NCBI GenBank assembly: GCA_002269645.1
Contig: NIVC01000658.1
Location: 62,001 to 126,000 of the forward strand
DNA: 64,000 bases
Direction: 5' to 3'
DNA from: Macrostomum lignano
Taxonomy: Eukaryota
In this document: positions 1 to 10,400 of the stretch, in pieces
How positions within the stretch are numbered: the stretch's first letter is position 1
How the letters are laid out: each line of letters starts with the position of its first letter
Program-made: the position numbers and the translations under genes
Notes under the pieces: generated by a model
The model's input: only the letters and a program-made list of their open reading frames with translations
What the model was told of the DNA's origin: nothing
The model's database searches: none

Positions 1-3000
1 GTTCTTTGAATGTTGGCTTTGACATATTTGCCTGAATAACAGCAGGCTCTGATGAGGTAACAAGTTTCAGGTTTGTTCTTTTCCGCTCATTTCAAGAGTC
101 TTGCCATAGACAGAGTTGTTGGCCAACTTAAAGAGGTTCTTGTCAAAGTCGTTGGTTGCTTTGGTCCTAAACTGGGTGTTCTTATCAATGTAGGGTTTCA
201 TCCACGCTTCCTCTGTAAATGTAAGAGCCCTGTGAACTTTGTGACCCTGCAACCAAGTGAGATAAAATACTGAAGCAGTTTGTAATGATTTTGTAACGTG
301 TCTTGTTGTTTAGATTCTGTGTTAGTTTCTCTGTATGTTCTTTTTCTGTTCCTGACAGGTGCCAAGTTCCATTGGGAGTTTCGATTATTTTCGGGCACTT
401 GATGTTCTCTGGGAAGGGTGGAAAGTCAGAGAAATAGTCGTGAAGCTCTGGTGGAATGTAAACATCAACCTCATAAATGGCAGCCAATGAAAAGTCCCAT
501 TTGAATTCTGATGAGGGTAGCCATCGAAAATCTCTAACTGGAAGATCTTGACTCATCGCCCACCCGTAGAGATTATTAGCGTCCAAGTAAGTAATGTAGT
601 TTGAGGGCTGCTCCTTATTGTAAGATTCAATGTAGGGATTGTTTGCTTTTGCATACCTGTTAACACAAATTGAGATCCCCCTCGCTTTGACGATTCGACA
701 AAATTGTACATGTCAATGTCTGTAAGAAGTTCAATGTACCAATCTGGATCTTGATCCCATTTCATTTTAAGCAAAGATTCCCAGCTAGTGGCAGGCAGAG
801 ACACATAATGTGCTGGATCGAGGCCATATGCTGTGTACCAGGTGTATCTGAAGGTTTCAAACACATCAGCCAGCAGAAACACATCTGTGAAGAGGTAAAG
901 CAGGTGATACTGGAAGAAGTTTTGACAATTAAAGTAATTATAGACATGCTTCGCGTGCTCATAGTCTTTGTCAGAGATTCCAGAGTCTGTTAGCTTTGAA
1001 AAGAACTTTTCCTGTGGTGGTAAACCTTCTTCAAATACGTGATACCCAGTAATATTTTCATAGGGGTAGAAGCCTTTCTTTCTTAAAAGTTTAAATGATT
1101 CATCAGTTCTTGCAAATATCTTTGTATATGTACATTGTTCATCTTTTAGATTCTTGCTTAGTTCGTCTAGACTGGCAGCTAGAAATTGATATGAATCCTT
1201 CAGTCTTATTTTTTACTGTACCCGAATTATCCTGTTTAATATCAACACACTTAAACTTCTCCTTGTTTTCTGCGATGCAATCAAGGTGTATGTCTGGAAT
1301 CATGCCGATTTTTTCAACTATTAAATGCATGTCATAGTTCTTTGCGTTGTGACAAAATATCGTTAGATCATGTTGGATTTTAGCTTTAGATTACAGGTGT
1401 TATGCGCTGCACCTCTAAATTTCCCAGTAAAGTGGCAGTGGTCCCTAACGGTGGGGTTTTTTATATCAGTGCAAGTTAACTGTTTCCTGCAGATGTGGCA
1501 ATGAGTTGCTGATAGGAAATTGCTTTCATCCTCCTCAGTCATCATTATTGGAACAGGTTGAAGAGTGCTAATCACTCTTTGCAACTCTAACATTCTGGCA
1601 ATAAACTGCTCCACACACTGCTCTCCAAAGAAATAATTATACTCAACAAGTCCTTTTGTATTAATAAAGGCATATGCTACTGAATTGGGGACATGTTTTG
1701 AGTTTGAGTTTGTTTTTGAGTTTGAGTTTGTTTTTGAGTATGAGTTTGTTTTTGAGTTTCTGGCATGATTGAGCATTCGAAATCAGCATATACAACAAAT
1801 GGGAGCTTCTCCATCTTGTGATAGTTCTTAAAACGGAGATACTTCTCTTCAGCTGAAGGAAGAGAGCAATTGTCGGGTGATCCTCGCATGATAATTCATG
1901 CTCTGCTAGTTTTTCAAAGCGTCAGGTCCACTGTAATGCTTAAGGCACAAGCGGCAGATGGCAACAGCCTCGTGATGATTATTCAACTGTTGTGAATGAG
2001 TCTTGAAAGATCTTTAATCCAAACATAGTGAGCCTCCTCTAGTAAATTACCAATCACTAGAAGATCCACTTCAGTCCGCCTTTTCCCCTCAGGATCTAAA
2101 ACGTCTTTGCTACATCTGACCGGTTGAACTTTCTCAGTTTTTTCACTCCACTCAAAGACTGTTATTCTAATTTTGTTATTAAACACTTCTTCTAGCTTTG
2201 GGATCTGAGAGATCGCCAAGCCTCCTTTGTCAAACCTGATTCCCTTCTTTTCGCATTCGATGAGATAGTGCTTGAAATAATTTTGATAATTTGAGGTTCT
2301 TTCGGGGTGGTGAGAGACACTATCATGATGAAGTGCAGAAAGAACTGCCCATAGAGCACAGCAGTTGTCTTTATTTTTAACATTTATGCAAGCTTTTTTG
2401 CCGGCTAGCTTATGCGGGAGATCTATATAAGAGGAGGCTTTAAGTGGGTCATATTTCATGACCATAACAGTCGCTCTTTGAATCCCTCCCACGACCCATC
2501 CGGAACCTCTGGATGTAAACGCTTCAATTTTCTTAGTGACATCTTGAAGGAAAGGATCCAGTGTGTCTGTAGGGTGAATGGCTTTGCCTTTGTTGTCATG
2601 TAATACTCGAGATGTCAGTGGGTTTTGCAGGCATATAAAACGCAATCTTGAATGATATCTGTAGTTTAAAGTCTTGCGTGTTTTGAGTGTGTGATCAACA
2701 ACTGATTGGATGCTGTCTTTATAGTCGTAGATGTTTGCGGTGGTGCCGTTTATTGGGATTGTGTACTCTATGTAATGTTCTGTAAACTTCCTCTGTGCAA
2801 AATTAATCTCTTCAGTGGCAAGCTCCGACTCTTTTAAATGGATTAATTGCTCTAATTTCTCTTGTTCCTGCTTATTTTGTGGGTACTTTGCTTTTTCACC
2901 AGTGAGAGTTTCATATTTGTTAACTAAGTTGCGACTCCTCTCTTGGTGTTCCTTTGCAGGATTTTGTATAGGCGCATACTGGTTAGATTCTAATTGGTTG

Positions 3001-3158
3001 ATGATTTCCAACTGTTTTTCATAGCTTCCCAGGTGACCAGGGTCGGTGTTAAACTTTTGTTTGCATGCTTCTCTTAGTAAATTACTTTTGTCTTGAAATG
3101 AGACGCCTTTTGAAAAATATGTGTTGACTAAATCTCTTGCTGGATTGGCTTTTGGCAT
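1..3158 (-). pseudogene. Protein-primed family B DNA polymerase (Polinton type), multiple frameshifts
   Basis: ORF pieces in collinear order: 1983-3158 (RGSGWV..KYDPLKASSYIDLP..INVKNKDNCCALW), 1677-1889 (FKNYHK..FVVYADFE, ExoI), 1363-1776 (VRDHCHFTGKFRGAAHNTCNL), 1139-1330, 553-882 (LLADVFETFR..GLDPAHY..RGG), 185-586 (DANNLYGWAMSQDLP, region II), 67-252 (KLANNSVYGKT, region III). The YGDTDS motif would lie left of base 1. Confidence 0.92.
1695..1759. repeat. Short 18-bp tandem repeat (tttgagtttgagtttgtt) inside PolB
   Basis: About 3.5 copies; reads NSKTNS or QTQKQT in the two PolB frames. Confidence 0.8.
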
Positions 3159-3282
3159 TTTTTCTCGAAAATATAAAAAAAATTTTGAGGGTGACCACCC
3201 TGATAGAAAAGTTGAACTGTTTCTACATCCTATCAGTAGCTTTAGGTTTATGATGCTGGATAAAGTGGGGTTTTAAACCTCA

Positions 3283-3738
3283 TCACATCCGCATTATTGT
3301 AAACCCAGCATTGTGCAGTGTCATGATGGCTTTGACAATGTCAGACTTGCTTACAGAATTTTGATGCTCACAATCACCATGATCATCAAAATCAGGGCAG
3401 CCCTCTCCTGCCTTAATTGTTATACCTTTGTCTCTTGCAATCTTTTGCAATTCTAGCTGGTGGGCTCTATCATTCCCAGCTTTAACAGCAGTTGCTACAC
3501 CTCCAGCTACACCACCTGCGGCACTTACGGCGCCTGCAATGATTGGGATAAGAGCTGCTAATGGTAGGATTCCTCCTGACTTTTCATCTGTGATGCTGTG
3601 TCTTTGCTCATTACACTGAACTATTTGCTGCACGGGATCGATTTTTACTTTGGCACCTTTAATTGATATAAGGCCTGGTCTCTTTGATTCAATGATTTTA
3701 TTGAGTTTATTGATGGTTTTGGTTTCGATCTTTGTCAT
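3283..3738 (-). CDS. Adenovirus pX(mu)-like virion core/membrane protein, 151 aa
   Basis: GGILPLAALIPIIAGAVSAAGGVAGGVATAV closely resembles the adenovirus pX C-terminal GGILPLLIPLIAAAIGAVPGIASVA, followed by the AVKAGNDRAHQLELQK segment typical of Polinton X proteins. Intact ORF. Confidence 0.72.
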   Translation of the reverse strand: MTKIETKTINKLNKIIESKRPGLISIKGAKVKIDPVQQIVQCNEQRHSITDEKSGGILPLAALIPIIAGAVSAAGGVAGGVATAVKAGNDRAHQLELQKIARDKGITIKAGEGCPDFDDHGDCEHQNSVSKSDIVKAIMTLHNAGFTIMRM

Positions 3739-3755
3739 TTTTTTATTTTAATATT

Positions 3756-4770
3756 TTAATTAATTTCTGTGTCAGCTGGTATCACTAGGAGTTCAGCTCT
3801 AGTGAATGACCGCGTGGGGGATTTAGGGTTAAAGGCTTGAGATAAAAAGTAATACTCTCCAGAGTCGGAGGTAAAATGTCTGTCTATTTTATGTACATCA
3901 AGGCTGAAGTATGGATCTGTAGCTCTTCTTTTAGTGTCCTTCTAGCTCTCCAGGTAGATATAAAAACCGTAGAAACTCAGAGTTTGTCAGTATGTATGGG
4001 GATTCAACTCTTGGAAGCTTAGGGTAGTTCGAGGTGTGTTTTGTGTTGTGCGTGTTGTCTGTTCTATGAGATGTCTTAAGTTTGACAATGTCTTGTTTAA
4101 TTGCATGGGACGGTTTCAATCCAGTCATGCGTGTGACTTCATTGTTCAGTTGCTCTATAACAATGGGGAGTCTTTCTGTCCACTTGGTATAGTACTGCCC
4201 CGCACTCAGTTTGAGTTCTTGCGCTGTCTGCTTAGTGAATAGTCTCTTGGCTAGAGTTAAATTAAATCTCTCAACGTACGCTTGGTCCCTGTGCAGGTCT
4301 GTTCTTCCGTAGCGAATCTTCGTATTTTTCTTTTCCATAAGGGATTTGACTGCACCCATGAATTCCTTACCTGGGTCGGTCATAAAGATTTCAGGGTAAC
4401 TAAGGGACGAGTTTTTATAAATATCTTGGAGTGCGGCTGCAACTGCTTCTGATTGTTTAGTCTTTAGTGGGCGAGCTTCCTTATATCTGGAGGCAATGTC
4501 TGTAATGGTAAGAGCATACTTGTAGCCTGAGTCATTGGGGAGAAACAGAAGATCTGCTTGGTGCGCCTCATTAGGTTTATAAATACTGAAATGGGGCCTT
4601 TCAAATTTTACTGGTGGGAAATAGACTTGAAAGACAGCCTGCTTAGAGAGCCATTTTTCTACTGTAGCTTTTGGCTCCTTACTCAGCTCCATGAGTTTAC
4701 TAACGGCATTTTTGCCTACAAAGAATCCTTTGTCGCTGTAGTAGAGTTTTTTAAGTTTCTGATCTGTCAT
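3756..4770 (-). pseudogene. Polinton retroviral-like (rve, DDE) integrase, one frameshift near 3931-3934
   Basis: HQADL (D), TDPGKEF (D), YVERFN (E). ORF 3931-4770 stops at GELEGH*, but the shifted frame continues KRRATDPYFSLDVHKI..RSFTRAELLVIPADTEIN* to a stop at 3756-3758, matching the usual C-terminus of this integrase group. Confidence 0.9.
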
Positions 4771-4799
4771 TTTTTAAAAATAAATTTTAAAATAAAATA

Positions 4800-5279
4800 A
4801 TGCAACGCTCTGGTGGTAAATTAGATTCACATGGACTGATAGAAAAGCTTCCTCATCCAAACAAAGGCTGGACAGTTCCCGGGTACAAATATTGCGGGCC
4901 TTTGAATCCACTTGAAATACAGCTGGATGGATACAACAACCCAAATCCTGGACATGAGCCTGTGAACGAGCTAGACTCTGTCTGCATGTGGCACGATGTT
5001 AAGTATAGAGATTTTCCAGAGGAGAAGAATCGCTGGGACAAAGAAATGCTTAGGAGATTAGACAATATGGGGACTTCAAGCGGATTTCGTGAGTCGATTG
5101 CTAGGAAATTAGTCAAGGCGGTTATTTTTGGTAAGACAAAATTGGGGTTGGGGGTGTACGCCGAGGGCGGGTGCTTGGGGAGAGAGGGCGGACGCTCGGG
5201 AGCCGGGTTTATTTTGCACGCACCAAGTGAAAAACTAGGAAGACTGCTGAAAGAGCTGGGGGTTGAGAGAGCAGAATGA
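4800..5279 (+). CDS. Parvovirus VP1u-type phospholipase A2 domain protein, 159 aa
   Basis: PGYKYCGPLN (Ca-binding YxGP loop), PVNELDSVCMWHDVKY (catalytic HDxxY) and the AVIFGKTKLGLG tail seen in Polinton PLA2 proteins. Confidence 0.87.
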   Translation: MQRSGGKLDSHGLIEKLPHPNKGWTVPGYKYCGPLNPLEIQLDGYNNPNPGHEPVNELDSVCMWHDVKYRDFPEEKNRWDKEMLRRLDNMGTSSGFRESIARKLVKAVIFGKTKLGLGVYAEGGCLGREGGRSGAGFILHAPSEKLGRLLKELGVERAE

Positions 5280-5831
5280 TTCAAGCAAGAAAATACAGCT
5301 GGATTAGCGGCTGTTTGGGAGAAGAGTTAAGTTTTCTGGCCTTTTGGCCTTCGCTTCTCTTCTCTTCACACAAGTGTACAGTCTTGAGCACACTGGTTTC
5401 GGCTACAATCTCTCTTTCCACCATGCCCTTCTCCTTTATGCTCCTCACCTCGCGCTATGCTCTGTGTACAGAGAAGTCTCACCCCTCACTTTCTATCGTA
5501 CACTGAGCTATATCGATTTTTTTGTTTCCCTGCTTGACTCCAAGATTGTACAGTCTTGAATTTTCTGGAATTTTCTATTGCGAGAAGGGGTGTGTGTGTG
5601 TGTTTGTATTGCCCACTAAAGAAATAGGCAGACTGTAGGAGAAATAGGAAAAATTTGTTTCTAGCGGACGCTCGAATTCGCGGAATTGTTTAGCGTGATT
5701 ACTACCATGTGCAATCCCGCCATAACATCTATACTCTGGTGACCGAGCTTCTGCGGCTCCGCTTTTGCTCTGTTTCGGCTACATTCCTGCATGACAGCTC
5801 AAGAACGATTCGGAGCGAAAGGTGGTGGCAA

Positions 5832-6130
5832 ATGGACGCGGCAGGTTGGCTAGATCCGACTCCCCCAACAAGACCTCTATCAGCGGCTGAACTTCAAAGC
5901 CTTCTCGATGATTACTGTGAGTTATCTGTGTGAAATGACGGAAAAAACCGTGTGTATTATTGGTTCCCCCAATATGTATGCTGCTCTCTCCCCTCTGCCT
6001 CTCTTTTATTAAACTATAGTACTCTAATGTGAATACTACCTCTCAACTTTTTGCTGCAGATGAGAAGCTGGCCAGTCTGCTGGTGCTGGAGGCGGTCAAG
6101 CATAACTGGAAGCTGACTCGACACATGTTT
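5832..6130 (+). other. Possible two-exon coding fragment of unknown function
   Basis: ATG 5832 to donor T|GTGAGT at 5916/5917 (phase 1); acceptor TGCAG| at 6059/6060 keeps the frame (MDAAGWLDP..LLDDY-Y-EKLASLLVLEAVKHNWKL). No family recognised. Confidence 0.25.
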
Positions 6131-6490
6131 TTTTACCTACTGCTAGTAGAAGTAGCAGTTCAGAGTGAATATTTTCAGCGACAGAAAATTGCAATTTACG
6201 AAACTTCGTAAACTCTTTAATGAAAAAGCAGAAAATACTAAAATATATTTTTTACCTACTGCTAGTAGAAGTAGTAGTTCAGAGTGAATATTTTCAGCGA
6301 CAGAAAATTTCAATTTACGAAACTTCGTAAATATTTTTAGCGACAGAAAATTTCAATTTACGAAACTTCGTAAACTCTTTATTGAAAAAGCAGAAAATAC
6401 TAAAATATATTTTTTACCTACTGCTAGTAGAAGTAGTAGTTCAGAGTGAATATTTTCAGCGACAGAAAATTTCAATTTACGAAACTTCGT
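6128..6490. repeat. About 120-bp tandem repeat, 3 copies with an internal partial duplication
   Basis: Unit ttttttacctactgctagtagaagtag..acgaaacttcgtaa seen three times. Confidence 0.85.
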
Positions 6491-6705
6491 GAGCATATAA
6501 AAGACAATCAAGATTCAGAAAAAAAATTATATTTTTTCAAAGGGTAAGGACCCTGCGCTGATGATTTAAAGTCTTAGGGATCTGATTTCGCTTTGCAAAT
6601 TGAATGTGGGGAGAAGAGTGCAGATTATTTTCTGATTGTTTCGAAGATGCTATGGGTGGATGTCAGTGTCAGTGAGCATAACAGGTGTCCTACTGTTATG
6701 CTCTG

Positions 6706-6920
6706 ATTCTGTCAGGGATAATATGGATGGATTTAATGGGATTATGTTCGAAGTTTTCGGAGCAAGTGCGGCCCCTCCCCTTTTTCAAGATTCTTTCAGG
6801 GATAATGTGGATGGATTTAATGGGATTATGGAGGAGGTTTTGTGAGCAGGTGCGACCCCCCTTTTTTTCTTATTCTTTCAGGGATAATATGGATGGATTT
6901 AGGTGGATTATGGAGGAGGT
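6706..6920. repeat. About 85-bp tandem repeat, 3 copies
   Basis: Unit tcagggataatatggatggatttaatgggattatg.. repeated. Confidence 0.8.
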
Positions 6921-7312
6921 GAAAAATTTTGTCCCAGAAGCCCCCTCATGCCTTCTACTCAGATTAAATCAGTACAGTAGTAAAACTAAATAAAACTATA
7001 AGAGTCAAATCAATTAAATTTAAACCTTAAAACATATGATAGAGTAAAAGGTGAGAGAACCAAAGAAGAGATTGGATAAAACTAAAAACAAATAAGTAGA
7101 AAGTATGTACAGTGTAGAGATGCACAAAGGATTGGAGAGAATTTTTCAGATATTGGTGAATAAAGTTAAAGCTGGGCTGTATTTGTCTACTGTGAGTAGA
7201 TAGAGCCTCCCTGAATGTATGACACCTTTACGAAAACAAAGGTTTAAGTATGGTGAGTTACAGAAAAAAGTAAATATCAAGGACCCTACCCCAGTAGCCC
7301 GAGATCATTCAT

Positions 7313-7380
7313 GGAGAGCAACGACCTGCGCCTCCCCGAGGTGCCCTCTGGAGGACCGAAAGGCCCACGAAATGCAGGTC
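7313..7380 (+). ncRNA. HDV-like self-cleaving ribozyme (predicted nested double pseudoknot)
   Basis: P1 GGAGAGC 7313-19 / GCCCTCT 7343-49 (G1-U wobble, one A-C mismatch); P2 GACCTGC 7323-29 / GCAGGTC 7374-80; P3 GCC/GGT closing L3 TCCCCGA; P1.1 CC/GG 7350-51; P4 GGACC-GAAA-GGCCC; J4/2 CGAA with putative catalytic C7368. G1 is the first base after the TSD. Confidence 0.8.
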
Positions 7381-7463
7381 AGCAACGGGCCTTTCCAGAG
7401 ACCCACACCGCGACGCAGTCTCTTCGCCGCCCAATTGGCATCTGGCGGCCACCTGCCGATTAA

Positions 7464-10400
7464 ATGACTAGCCGACGCCTGAACCAGCCCGCCGAGCCTC
7501 AACGGCGGGCCCCCGGCGGCGCGAGGCGCCCCCCGACCCAGCGGCCCGTGCGCGCGCGGCCCCCCAGTAGCCTGCACCTCCTGCAACTCAACGCAGAGGG
7601 CGTCGCCTCCAAGATGCCCGAATTGTGCAAGCTGCTGCTGGATCTGCGCATCGACGTGGCGTGCCTGCAAGAGACCCACACCACCGAGGGTCGGGATCCG
7701 CGCCTGCCGGGGTTCAACGCGATCTGGCGCCACCGACAGAGCGGCCGGCGCTCCGGCGGCCCCACGCGCGGAGGAGGCGCTGCAATCGTCATCCGCGAGG
7801 GGCTGCGCTTCGAGGTGCTGCAGGAGCGCCCCTGCGCCCCCGATGACGTCACCACGGAGTGGGCCGGCGTCCGGGTTTTCCCCTCTGAAAAGAGCGTCGA
7901 GAGCCTGGACATCCACTGCCTCTACATCCCGCCGATCAGAACGGCTGAAGGCGACGACCGCGTGCAGCGCTTCAGCCCCCGGCACCTCCCGTCCGGCGTC
8001 AACACGGTGATCCTGGGCGACCTGAACGCGCACCATCCAGCCTGGGACCCCGAATCGGAAGAGTCGGACCTGGGCACGGCGGTCTTCGAGTGGTCCGTGG
8101 TGTCCGGCATGCGCGTCCTGAACGACGGCAGCGCCACCCACATGCCGCGCCGCGCCAACACCCGGCAGACGGCGCCTGACGTCAGCCTGTGCCACAAGTC
8201 GCTCGCCAACCGGGCCGAGTGGCAGGTCCGGGGAGACGTCGGCTCGGACCACCTGCCGATCTGCATCACCATCCACAGCCGAGGCGCGGCCAAGCGCGGG
8301 GGCGCCGCCCGGCGGTCCTGGGCGAAGGCGGACTGGGCCAGTTTCCGCGCCCGGACCGAGGAAGCCCTGGCTGGCTGGGAGGCCTGCCCGCCCGAGTCGG
8401 TCAGCGAGGCCAACCAGCAGCTGACCACGGCCATCCAGGAAGCCGACAAGGCGTCTGTCCCTCGCGGGGCGCGGCCCTCCGCCAAGGCCTGGTGGACGCC
8501 AGAGGTCGACGACGCCGTGAAGGCTCGCCGCGCCGCGTGGGCCGCCGCCGCCGCCGACCCGAGCGTGCGGCCTGCCTGGAATCGAGCCTGTGCCGACGCC
8601 AAGAAGACGATCGCCGACGCCAAACGCGAGAGCTGGAGGACCTTCGCCGGCGAGGTGGCAGCTGACAGCGACCACTCCAAGATCTGGAGAATTGTCCGCT
8701 CCCTCGACGGCAGAAACAGCAACCTGCAGCGGGACGCAGCGCTCCGGGTGGGCCAAAAGACGCTCGTCCAGTCGAAGGACATCGCCGAGGCCTACGCCCG
8801 TGAGTATGCCTCCGTCAGCCGCCTCCCGCAAGACCGCAGGACGCGAGACCTCCGCCGCGAGAACTTCCGCAGCAGCGTTTCGCGAGCCGGCGCCGACAGC
8901 CATGGGAGCAGAGACTTTGGAAAGCCGTTCTCGCACCGCGAGCTGGACAGGGCTCTCCACTCCCTCCCGGCCAGGAAGGCCCCAGGACCCGATGAGATCT
9001 GCGCTGAACATCTGCAGCACCTCGGTGCCGCTGGCCGCCGGGCGGTCCTGCAGCTGATCAACGCGTCCTGGACCCAGGGGGAGGTCCCCGCGGCGTGGCG
9101 CCGTGCCCACATCGTGCCGATCCTCAAGAAGGGCAAGCCGGCCGACGAGATCGGCTCATACCGGCCGATTGCCCTTACCTCCACTCTGGCCAAGCTGGCC
9201 GAGCGTCTGGTTCAAGCGCGGCTCTACTGGTGGGCCGAGTCCCGGCACCTGCTGCACCCCGCCCAAGCCGGCTTCCGCAAGCGGCGCAGCACCGAGGACC
9301 AGATTGCCCGGCTCACCCAGCTCATCAGCGACGGCCACCAGGCGGCCCCCGCCAGGCGGACGGTCGTCGTCCTGTTCGACTTCCGGCGGGCGTACGACAC
9401 CGTCTGGAAGCAGGGCCTGCTGCACAAGCTGCACAACGCCGGCATCCCAGCGGCCGGGGTCCGCTGGGTCAGCAGCTTCCTGGCCGATCGCCGCGCTGCC
9501 GTCAGGGTGGACGGCGCGCTGAGCAGCTGGCGGCTCTTCCGCGAGGGCCTGCCACAGGGGAGTGTCCTTGCCCCTCTGCTCTTTGCGCTGTACATCAACG
9601 ACCTGCCTGACCACCTGCCGTCCGACTGCACGCCGTTCCTCTACGCCGACGACCTGGCCATCGCAGTGCAAGGCCTGACCGTGGAAGAGGCCGAGACGAA
9701 GGCGCAGGCTGCGATCGACGCGGTCTCCGACTGGGCGAACGAGTGGCGGATGGAGCTGGCGCCGAACAAGTGCGCCGCTTCCCTGTTCACCACCACCGCC
9801 GGAGAGGCCAGCCGTGAGCTGCGTCTGCGGCTGAACGACGCCCCGCTCTCGACGGACCGCCAGCCGCGCTTCCTCGGCGTCATCCTGGACCGGCTGCTCA
9901 GCTTCACGGCGCACGCCGCCAACGTCGCCGGCCGCGCCCGCGCCCGCTGCGGCGTTCTGGCGGCGCTGTCTGGCAGCAACTGGGGCGCCAAGCAGAGCGA
10001 CGTGCGCCAGCTCTACACGGCCTATGTGCGGCCGGTGCTGGAGTACGCTGCCGGCGCCTGGATGCCGACGGCCTGCAGGACAGCTATCGACCACCTGGAC
10101 CGGGCCCAGCGCCTGGGCGCGCGCATCATCACCGGGTGTCCACGGAACACCAGGTCGGAGGTGCTGGAGCGCGAGGCTGGATTGCCGCCGATGGCAGTCC
10201 GCGCGGAGATGCACGCTGGCCTCCTCCACGAGCGCGCCCTCCGGCTGCCGCATGACAACCCGCTGCGCGCCTGCGCGGCCAGCGTCGGCCCGCGCCGCCG
10301 CCTCCAAAGCGCCCGCGGCTGGCGCGAGACGGCGGCCAGTGTATGCAGCGCTGCGGGCCTGAGCGGCTTCCCGCGAGAGCCCGTCCACTCGGGCCTCGCT

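Larger units (their letters stand above)
1..5300. mobile_element. Polinton/Maverick (adintovirus-like) element, partial and decayed; continues beyond the left edge, right terminus not located
   Basis: Compact intronless cluster of protein-primed PolB, rve integrase, pX-like ORF and PLA2 ORF, the typical accessory gene set of Polintons/adintoviruses. No TIR, capsid, ATPase or protease seen in the window. Confidence 0.9.

Noticed and set aside
5300-6100. Polinton right terminal inverted repeat
   Set aside because: No clear AGT/AG-repeat terminus, and the partner end is outside the window, so it cannot be verified.
7400-7600. 2A (StopGo) peptide typical of some Ingi elements
   Set aside because: No DxExNPGP motif found in the frames inspected.
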